A stretch of DNA of 13,859 bases, taken from NCBI GenBank assembly GCA_037447435.1, contig JBBIGR010000072.1:1-13859 (forward strand), read 5' to 3'. The stretch is from Fibrobacteria bacterium (GTDB lineage Bacteria > Fibrobacterota > Chitinivibrionia > Chitinivibrionales > FEN-1185). Positions 6,941 to 13,859 of the stretch are shown here, piece after piece (the stretch's first letter is position 1; every line of letters begins with the position of its first letter). The position numbers and the translations under genes were made by a program. The notes beneath the pieces are model-generated. The model searched no databases, was not told where the DNA came from, and was given only the letters and a program-made list of their open reading frames with translations.

Positions 6941-9316
6941 ATGAAATCATGGAATCCGATCAATTTTATTTATGCGGGTTTATACGCTTTTGTCGCCTTC
7001 GTACTTTTCGCTTCATCCGCTCATGCAGGGGCGCCGGTAATACCTTCGCCCGGCACCGTTACCTTGACTCCGATTCCTTCCGGATCCACCACGCATAAAG
7101 GCGATTCGATCGCTACGATATTATCGCCCATAGTTTCCGACGGCACCTTGTTTGATAATTTCGAAGACAACAATACGACATCGCAATGGGGCGGTTCCTG
7201 GTTTACCTTTACCGATGCTCCGGGAGGGCTCTCTACAATTACGCCGTTTACGCAACCGGCTGCCCCGGGTTATAATTCGGCTTATTGTGCAAAGATCAAT
7301 ATTGCCCTGCATGTCGGCACCTTGACGTACAATCCCTTTGTCGGGATCGGCGTCGACCTTAAATCCGATAAGACGGCCTGCGATTTGACAAAGGCAACCG
7401 GTTTTAGGTATTGGTATAAAGGCGGCGCGCACATTTTCAAGGTGGAAACATCCGATATCGTCACAAGCGTAGCAACCTATTATTCGGTGGCCGTTCCGTC
7501 GTCGCCGGTATGGAAACAGGCGGTTTTTACCTGGGATTCGCTCAAATCAACAACGTTTTCGACCGGTGTCGTGACCGTCATTCCCGCCGCGAGTAAACTT
7601 CTTGCCCAAAAATTCAGTTGGGTCATCCAAGGGGCCGACGGTCTCGTCGATTCGCTGTTTATCGACAATGTCGAAGCGACCGGTTTTTCGGACCGCGGCA
7701 TGGCCGTTACCGGTTGCGATACGGCAAACGGCAAATGGCAGTATACAAAAGATAATGGCGCGACATGGCCGGTAATTTCCGCACCGTCGGACGCGGCCGC
7801 ATTGCTGCTTGCCGCATCGTCTCGGATCAGATTCATGCCGGCTCTTTCCAGCTTCGCGGGAAGCTCGTCGATCCGATTCCGCGCTTGGAACCAGACCGAT
7901 GGGAAAACCGCAGGCAGTATCGTTTCTGTAGTACCGTCGGGCGGCGTTTCCGCTTATAGCAGCGCAACGGATACCGGCGCGGTACAGGTCGGTACCGCAC
8001 CGCATATTACCTCGATTACTCCGGCAACGACGACGACGGTTTATGAAGGAGGAAATCTTTCTCTCACCGTTCTGGCCACGGGTAATCCCGCCCCCCAATA
8101 TACGTGGATGAAAAACGGCGCAGCGCTTGTCGGCAATGGGGCCAATACCGGCACCTATTCCAAAATAGCAACGCTTTCGGACTCCGGCACTTATTCGGTA
8201 AGCGCTCAAAATACGATGGGAACGGTCCAAAGCGCGGCGGTAAAGATACTGGTTGTTTCGCAGCCGGTGAAAGCGGCATTTTCAACGTCGGCGCTTGTAG
8301 GAAAAATCCCGTTTGCCGTCCAGTTCCGCGATTCGTCGACCGGGATTTTTGCAAAACGGAACTGGGCTTTCGGCGACGGCGGGACCGATACTTCGAAAAA
8401 TCCGTCGCATACGTATTCGACCGAAGGAGTATTTACCGTTTCGCTCAGGCTTACGGATAATACGGGCAAATTACTGGATTCTGCGGTAACCGTTGTCAAA
8501 GCGTACAAAACAAATCCGGTCGTCATGCACGGGACATACGCTACCCAGACGTCGGCATCCCTGACGCTGGGGAACTTTTCCGTGCTTCCCGGCGGAACAT
8601 CGTCTCCCTTTGCCGACAGCATTGCGCTTTTCGCAAAGGCTCATGCCATCCCGACGACCGCAACCGGGCTCGTTGCCGTGAAGACGTATTCCCTGGCGTT
8701 TTTAAAAACAAAAGGAGACACGTTTACCGATGTCGTTTCGCTTCCCGGCCCCCTTTCGGATAGCGTGTACGGCTTTGTCGCGAGCGTTCATTGGAACGAC
8801 GGATGGAGTACATTTACATCCGTTAACGGATGTCTGGTATACATGCGCGATACTGCGACGCCGGCCAATAACCTTGTGCTTTCGGGCGCGTATTTCCCAA
8901 AAGACACGGTTCATCTCATACTCGACAATATTTCCTCGTTAGACACGCTCAAGACCGATACGTTGCTTGTGTGGTACAGCCTGATCGACAGCGTGGCGAA
9001 TTTCAACGATAAGAACGTCGTCCGCGGATTTGCGACAAAGGATATAGTCAGGGGCGCAGTCAAGAATCAATATGTATTGCCGATTCAGAATACCGCCTTT
9101 AACACGGAACAGAAAACCGTGTATTTTTCGGTGGTTGTACTCGGAAAAAACGACAGGCAAAGTCCGATCAAAAAATGTAAATTCCCCCTCGGTACCGTTC
9201 GTCCGCAAAACCCGATACGACTTCTGGCCAAAGCATTGACCTCCAATCAAATCCGCTTGACCGGAGCGGATAATTATATGGTACCGCACCTTAAAACCGG
9301 TCGATACCGTCTTTGA
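6941..9316 (+). CDS. Gene B N-terminal part: signal peptide, cadherin-like domain with inserted CBM11/CIA30-like module, Ig, PKD, FN3-like repeats
   Basis: Signal peptide ends ...SSAHA. CBM-like motifs FDNFED..WGGSWFTFTD..DLTKATGFRYWYKG..WKQAVFTWDSL..LFIDNV. Cadherin-like motifs GMAVTG..NGKWQY..IRFMP..FRAWNQT. PKD motifs WAFGDG..PSHTY. The last ~17 residues are out-of-frame tail. Confidence 0.85.
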   Translation: MKSWNPINFIYAGLYAFVAFVLFASSAHAGAPVIPSPGTVTLTPIPSGSTTHKGDSIATILSPIVSDGTLFDNFEDNNTTSQWGGSWFTFTDAPGGLSTITPFTQPAAPGYNSAYCAKINIALHVGTLTYNPFVGIGVDLKSDKTACDLTKATGFRYWYKGGAHIFKVETSDIVTSVATYYSVAVPSSPVWKQAVFTWDSLKSTTFSTGVVTVIPAASKLLAQKFSWVIQGADGLVDSLFIDNVEATGFSDRGMAVTGCDTANGKWQYTKDNGATWPVISAPSDAAALLLAASSRIRFMPALSSFAGSSSIRFRAWNQTDGKTAGSIVSVVPSGGVSAYSSATDTGAVQVGTAPHITSITPATTTTVYEGGNLSLTVLATGNPAPQYTWMKNGAALVGNGANTGTYSKIATLSDSGTYSVSAQNTMGTVQSAAVKILVVSQPVKAAFSTSALVGKIPFAVQFRDSSTGIFAKRNWAFGDGGTDTSKNPSHTYSTEGVFTVSLRLTDNTGKLLDSAVTVVKAYKTNPVVMHGTYATQTSASLTLGNFSVLPGGTSSPFADSIALFAKAHAIPTTATGLVAVKTYSLAFLKTKGDTFTDVVSLPGPLSDSVYGFVASVHWNDGWSTFTSVNGCLVYMRDTATPANNLVLSGAYFPKDTVHLILDNISSLDTLKTDTLLVWYSLIDSVANFNDKNVVRGFATKDIVRGAVKNQYVLPIQNTAFNTEQKTVYFSVVVLGKNDRQSPIKKCKFPLGTVRPQNPIRLLAKALTSNQIRLTGADNYMVPHLKTGRYRL

Positions 9317-11966
9317 CGTCGTTGCCTTGAAACTCGATTCATTGGTTCCTTTTTCGTTGAACGACACGACCATCGTATCCGACAAGTTCAGTGAAAAAAC
9401 GCGGTATTATTTCGGTGCGCAGATATATAAGAACGGCATGTGGACGCAGATCACGGCTTTATCGAGTTCGAATGATTCGACGCCCGAGGCTGCCGTGACG
9501 ATCGATTCCAATACGGTACATCTTGCAAAGCCGGTATTCGATACGATCGCCAATCAGATAAAATTATCATGGTATGTAAACAAAGTGGTCGGAAGAAATC
9601 TCGATATCGGCATTTCTTATTCAAAAAAGGCCATGCCGACATCGGATACGAGTGCGCAGCAAATTTTACAAGTGAAGGATTCCGTAGGTACGGCGGTTTT
9701 AAAACTCAGGGAAGACCTTTCATTCAACACGACTTATTATATCGCATTGTGGTTACGGAATAGTATCGACGGCAAATGGACTGCGCCGACAAAATACTCA
9801 AGCGATAGCGTGAAAACCCCTTCATACACCTGGCAATCGGTGATTTACTTTTCAAAAGCGATAGATACGGTTTTTGCGTTCAACCGGACCATACGGTTGC
9901 TAAACGAAAACGGCGATGTGAGCAATACGGTGAATAAGCTTTATGCAACTTCTGCGCCGTCGAATATAGCTACGACGTTTTCGAATACAAGCGTCGGCGT
10001 GGAGTTTGCGACAAAAGACCGCGGTACGCCGTTTTTTATCGGGTTTAAGACCGATTCGATACCGGCGGGAAAGTGCATACGGGACATACTCATATATAAA
10101 GACAGTCTCGGGTATATGAAACTCGTACGCGATTCGACGGTTTACGATTCCGTCAACCATTACGTTTCGGTGAGAACCAATAACCTCGATTACCCCTTAT
10201 TCGCCATGATAGACAATTCGTTGCCCACCCACGAAGTACTTTCGCACGGTCTGGAGACGCCCGTGGTTGCGGGTACCTGGGTTATCGATACGGTGAAAAT
10301 ACGGGACAACATTGCAAATCTGTCGTGGTCATACTTTTTCGGTCGCGGCGGAGAGGATTATGATACGGCATATTCGTCCCATAATAAACTGAAGAACAAT
10401 ATCTTGTCCGACACCGTTGCGATATTGACTTTGGCCATCCCGTCGAGCTATGTGACGCAGGACAACGGGGTGCGCGCTATTTTAGTGATCAGCGACGGCA
10501 AATCGTTCGATACCACGGTATTGTCGCGGTCGGTATATCGCGACGGTTCCGATATTGCATTTACCGAAGAAAATAAGTGGGTTCCTTTGGGGGTAAGCGC
10601 CGACCTGGACACTCCCGATGCCCGCAGGGTACTGCGTGACTTGCCCGGCGATAATATGCCGTGGAAATACGACAATACGAAATTCAGGGTGTTCCGCTGC
10701 ATGCCTGATGCCGGTGACAACGGTTTCAAATGGCTCGAGTACCAAGATTCCATACGCAGCATGTTCGATTTTGTCCGCGGAAATATCGTATGGGTAAAAT
10801 CGGCCGCGAAACGTACGGTCCATTACGGATCTGCCCAAACGCCGTCGCTCAAAGCAAGTTACAGCCTGAAAATAGCGCCGAAATCGTTTGCGGATTTTTC
10901 CATACCGTATAAATTCGATATAACCATCGGCGATATCCTTACGGCAAGCATGCTGCAAGGCCCCGACCTCGACAGTTTGGCCTTTTACGAATGGAAAAAA
11001 GACGAGATCAGTTTGTCATATAAAGCAACCCTGGTATTTTTAAATGTTTCCGGAGATAGCCGTGTCAGGAACCGGGCATATCCTGTAGCCTTTGCAGCCG
11101 GGTATACGGTTTACAATCCGACGAAAGACACGGTGTCGCTGACGATTCCGCCCCTGCCGGTGGCTATGTCGCAACAGACCCGTTTACAGAAGCGGACAAA
11201 TGACCAAAGCGGATGGTCGGTCGCCGTTGTCGCGAATCGGGCCGACGGGTCCGAGATCAATCGGGTGTATTGCGGTTATTCGCAGGCAAAGAACCCGACA
11301 ATTACGTATTATCCGCTGGCTCCGGGTTTCGGCGATGAAAATATCGGCATACTTTCGCAGGAATCCGATCGATTGTTCGGCAATGCGATTGCGCATACGG
11401 CAATAAACGGCGGTCATTCGTATCAGCTGGTATTCGGCAACGGATCGAATGAAGCTAAAACTATTCGATATCATCTTGAGTATTCGGCCGGAATGGACAA
11501 GGGTTTTATTGCCGGGACATATAATACGAGTACCGAAACGTATGATACTGCTTTGCAGGGAGAGGCAGCGATAAAAATCGCGCCCAATGCGAAAGAATAT
11601 CGATGGTTGTTCGTCGGAGATGCTTCGTATTTATCCAAGGCAAAAATTCTTGCGGCAAAAAGCGAGTTTTCGCTTGTGGGAACGTATCCGAACCCGTTTA
11701 AATCCGTGCTCAGGATCAAATACAATATGCCGCGGTTCGGCGTGACGGCCGTAAAATTTACCGCTTGCGACTTACGCGGAAGAATAGTGTGGAATCATCG
11801 GGTTTCCCTGCATTCGTTTGCAGGCCAATCGGAAATTGTTTGGAATCCTAACTCGAAATCCAATGCAAAGCTTGGGGCCGGTATTTATGTGCTTCGAATG
11901 ACCGGCCTGGATGAGCATAATAATCAGATCGCTACGTTCGATAAAAAAGTAACCTATATGCCGTAG
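9264..11966 (+). CDS. Gene B C-terminal part: conserved body and FlgD/T9SS-like CTD
   Basis: Collinear with the C-terminal ~900 residues of gene A (DGKWT.P, DT.FAFN.TIR, YVSV.TN.L, DNG.RA, PW.YD, GN.VWVK, KYRWLFVG/EYRWLFVG, YPNPF, K.TY.P). The TTG start at 9327 in the track has no signal peptide and is probably not a true start. Confidence 0.85.
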   Translation, partial: ERIIIWYRTLKPVDTVFDVVALKLDSLVPFSLNDTTIVSDKFSEKTRYYFGAQIYKNGMWTQITALSSSNDSTPEAAVTIDSNTVHLAKPVFDTIANQIKLSWYVNKVVGRNLDIGISYSKKAMPTSDTSAQQILQVKDSVGTAVLKLREDLSFNTTYYIALWLRNSIDGKWTAPTKYSSDSVKTPSYTWQSVIYFSKAIDTVFAFNRTIRLLNENGDVSNTVNKLYATSAPSNIATTFSNTSVGVEFATKDRGTPFFIGFKTDSIPAGKCIRDILIYKDSLGYMKLVRDSTVYDSVNHYVSVRTNNLDYPLFAMIDNSLPTHEVLSHGLETPVVAGTWVIDTVKIRDNIANLSWSYFFGRGGEDYDTAYSSHNKLKNNILSDTVAILTLAIPSSYVTQDNGVRAILVISDGKSFDTTVLSRSVYRDGSDIAFTEENKWVPLGVSADLDTPDARRVLRDLPGDNMPWKYDNTKFRVFRCMPDAGDNGFKWLEYQDSIRSMFDFVRGNIVWVKSAAKRTVHYGSAQTPSLKASYSLKIAPKSFADFSIPYKFDITIGDILTASMLQGPDLDSLAFYEWKKDEISLSYKATLVFLNVSGDSRVRNRAYPVAFAAGYTVYNPTKDTVSLTIPPLPVAMSQQTRLQKRTNDQSGWSVAVVANRADGSEINRVYCGYSQAKNPTITYYPLAPGFGDENIGILSQESDRLFGNAIAHTAINGGHSYQLVFGNGSNEAKTIRYHLEYSAGMDKGFIAGTYNTSTETYDTALQGEAAIKIAPNAKEYRWLFVGDASYLSKAKILAAKSEFSLVGTYPNPFKSVLRIKYNMPRFGVTAVKFTACDLRGRIVWNHRVSLHSFAGQSEIVWNPNSKSNAKLGAGIYVLRMTGLDEHNNQIATFDKKVTYMP

Positions 11967-12002
11967 ATTTGTTCGCTAAATTGCTTTTCGGCTTGCTATT
12001 GC

Positions 12003-12023
12003 CCGGATTTTCTTTAAATCCGG
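12003..12023 (+). terminator. Stem-loop downstream of gene B, possible intrinsic terminator
   Basis: CCGGATTT-tcttt-AAATCCGG, a perfect 8-bp stem ~36 nt after the stop, followed by AT-rich sequence but no clean U tract. Confidence 0.4.
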
Positions 12024-12133
12024 CCTTAAATTTTCCGGAATTTTTATTATTTAAAACCCACCGATTATATATTTTTTCATCGAATAATAATAAATGAAAA
12101 AGTATTTCTTTTGATATATTCGGGGGGAAAGAA

Positions 12134-13859
12134 ATGAGACCGTTTTGGGCTGGAAAAATTGTTTTATTTTATATTTTCGCATTTTTTGTAATGGTTTGTA
12201 TTCCGCATACCATTCTAGCCGCTTCCATAGATCTGCAAATAATTGCCAGTAACGATGATGCCCATGATGATGTTTTACCGAATGCATCTATAATTAATAA
12301 TGTCGGGTTGGATCTCGGTACCGGCCAAGCCAGCGGTTTGGCGCAAACCGTGGGTTTTCGTTTCGAGAATGTTCCCATTCCGCCGGAAGCGACAATTACG
12401 AATGCGTACATACAATTCACGGTAGATCCGGACGCGCCGTCACAAAATGGGGCCTGTTCCCTGTTTGTAAAAACCGAAATCCCGGTTGTGGGTTATGTCA
12501 ACAATTTCCCTTCTCCGGCACCCTATGGAGTGGCGCGGGATTCGGTCATTGCCTGGAGGAAAACGGGAAAAGATTCGGTGCAATGGATCATCGCAAATTC
12601 CTGGACAGCCAATGCAAGCGGCGCAGACCAAAAAACCCCGAATCTTGCGGTCCTGGTCCAATCTCTTGTCAATTCGAATATGTGGGCCAGAGGCAATAAC
12701 ATTTCCTTTATTATTACCAAGCAAGGTACGACGAGCTCGGCTCGCCGGGTCGTCGCCTGGGACCGGAATTCTTCAACTACCGGTACTGCCAACCTGCATG
12801 TCGATTATACGGCCCCCAATGTCCGTCCGAACCTTGCTTTAAATAAAACCGCGACTTCCTCGATACTCGAAAACTCGTCGTTTCCCGCGTCAAGCGCCGT
12901 TGACGGGACGGTGAGCACGCGATGGGCAAGTCTTTGGACCACACCCGATTCGGCAAAATGCGATTCTGCCTGGATATATGTCGATTTGGGCAATCAATAC
13001 AGCGTAGACTCGGTATTTCTCGTTTGGGAACAGGCCGCTGCAGGCAGTTATTATGTACAGGTTGCGAATACTGCGTCCAATACCGATGCCGGATGGACAA
13101 CGGTCGCATCCGTTCCCCATGACACGTTTTGGAGCTGCAAATCGATAACTTTTGCTCCCGCGAACGCGCGATTCGTTCGTATTCGTTGTCTGAGCCGCCT
13201 CGTTGTCGCCTCGGGGAGAAAGTACGGCTATTCATTGCGGGAATTTGAAGTGTACGGCCAATGCGTTGCGCCGTCAATTTCGACACAGCCGGTGGGTAAT
13301 ACGATACAAACGGGCCAGAGCGCCCGGTTTTCTCTTGCCGCAAGCGGCAACGGCACGCTTTCCTATCAATGGCAGACTTCGAAACCGACGCCGGATACGG
13401 TGTGGGTCAATTTTCTTGGCGCGGGTGCGACTGCGCCTGCGTGCACGGTCAAAACAACCGATACCGCAACCTATAAAAACAAGCAATTGCTCCGCTGCAA
13501 AATAAACAATTTTTGCAATATTCCCGTGATGTCATCGGTTTGCACCCTTTCCATATGTACGGCGCCGTCGCTCGGCAGTTGGGTGACGAATAAAAAAGTC
13601 GTTGTGGGCACTGCCGTGAGCCTTACGGCAAACGCGACCGGGGACGGCTTGGTATATACGTGGCTGAAACAAAAGCCCAGCGCTTCGACATTCGACACGA
13701 TCGTTCAGCCTTCGAGCGCGACCTATTCGATTACCCCCGTATATGCCGATTCCGGATCGCTTGTAAAATGCGCCGTAAACGGCGCCTGCGGCAATACCGT
13801 GACAACGCCGAATTGCAGTTTGATCGTCTACGCACCTGTAAAGGCGAAAATGCTTGCGT
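12134..13859 (+). CDS. Gene C (3' partial, >575 aa): secreted protein with DNRLRE-like beta-sandwich, F5/8C, 2x Cys-rich Ig and probable start of PKD; likely third member of the array
   Basis: Hand translation is open from ATG 12134 (RBS GGGGGGAAAGAA) to the window end: MRPFWAGKIVLFYIFAFFVMVCIPHTILA-ASIDLQIIASNDDAHDD...GFRFENVPIPPEATITNAYIQFTVD...QKTPNLAVLVQSLVN..W..GN...NLALNKTATSS..AVDGTVSTRWAS..WIYVDLG...YGYSLREFEVYG..PSISTQP...YAPVKAKMLA. It is absent from the ORF track only because it has no stop. Confidence 0.9.
   Translation, partial: MRPFWAGKIVLFYIFAFFVMVCIPHTILAASIDLQIIASNDDAHDDVLPNASIINNVGLDLGTGQASGLAQTVGFRFENVPIPPEATITNAYIQFTVDPDAPSQNGACSLFVKTEIPVVGYVNNFPSPAPYGVARDSVIAWRKTGKDSVQWIIANSWTANASGADQKTPNLAVLVQSLVNSNMWARGNNISFIITKQGTTSSARRVVAWDRNSSTTGTANLHVDYTAPNVRPNLALNKTATSSILENSSFPASSAVDGTVSTRWASLWTTPDSAKCDSAWIYVDLGNQYSVDSVFLVWEQAAAGSYYVQVANTASNTDAGWTTVASVPHDTFWSCKSITFAPANARFVRIRCLSRLVVASGRKYGYSLREFEVYGQCVAPSISTQPVGNTIQTGQSARFSLAASGNGTLSYQWQTSKPTPDTVWVNFLGAGATAPACTVKTTDTATYKNKQLLRCKINNFCNIPVMSSVCTLSICTAPSLGSWVTNKKVVVGTAVSLTANATGDGLVYTWLKQKPSASTFDTIVQPSSATYSITPVYADSGSLVKCAVNGACGNTVTTPNCSLIVYAPVKAKMLA

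Larger units (their letters stand above)
6941..11966 (+). pseudogene. Gene B: paralog of gene A (~1,680 aa if intact), split into ORFs 6941-9316 and 9327-11966 by a frameshifting deletion at ~9262
   Basis: The first ORF aligns to gene A up to IRLT (9262). The homologous continuation ERIIIWYRTLKPV...YYFGAQIYKNGMW is in the +1 frame from 9264. About 10-11 codons present in gene A (WNHLDSVATGI) are missing at the junction. The halves give about 774 + 900 codons. RBS-like AAAGGGG before 6941. Confidence 0.82.

Noticed and set aside
9255..9300. Programmed ribosomal frameshift or phase-variable tract joining the gene B halves
   Set aside because: No slippery heptamer or simple repeat at the junction, and about 10 conserved codons are missing, which fits a deletion.
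7121..11725. Short ORFs overlapping gene B, including 7547-8230 (-, 227 aa)
   Set aside because: Antisense or alternate-frame shadows with no protein-like features.
1732..11966. Cellulosomal scaffoldin or glycoside hydrolase assignment
   Set aside because: No cohesin, dockerin or catalytic GH motifs recognised.
12094..12114. Tiny upstream ORF MKKYFF before gene C as a leader peptide
   Set aside because: Six codons in AT-rich DNA with no SD sequence or attenuator structure; likely chance.
12051..13698. Cluster of small ORFs in the track suggesting a fragmented region
   Set aside because: All are explained by the single open frame from 12134 to the window end.
1732..13859. Diversity-generating retroelement or invertase shufflon as the source of head variation
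   Set aside because: No reverse transcriptase or recombinase in the window, and no near-identical TR/VR pair or crossover repeats seen. The paralogs are widely diverged at the DNA level.
1..13859. CRISPR array, tRNA or rRNA genes
   Set aside because: No regularly spaced repeats or recognisable RNA-gene signatures; the intergenic regions are short.

Overview
Bacterial window, most likely from the FCB superphylum; the protein style suggests Fibrobacterota/Chitinivibrionia-like, which is an inference. The left end (1-1500) is an AT-rich patch with a secreted hypothetical gene (88-798) and a 5'-truncated IS3-family (IS2-like) remnant that keeps its right inverted repeat. The rest is a + strand tandem array of at least three related, very large, signal-peptide-bearing, apparently non-catalytic surface proteins. 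Gene A (1732-6774) is intact: F5/8C, 3x Ig, PKD, conserved body, FlgD/T9SS-like CTD. Gene B (6941-11966) is one gene split by a frameshifting deletion at ~9262; its head is a CBM11/CIA30-like module inserted inside a cadherin-like domain. Gene C (12134 to the window end) is missing from the ORF track because it has no stop: DNRLRE-like domain, F5/8C, 2x Cys-rich Ig, and the probable start of a PKD. A and B have different N-terminal binding heads on a shared ~1,250-aa body, and C reaches the same head/body junction motif. All domain calls come from motif recognition by eye, not from database searches.
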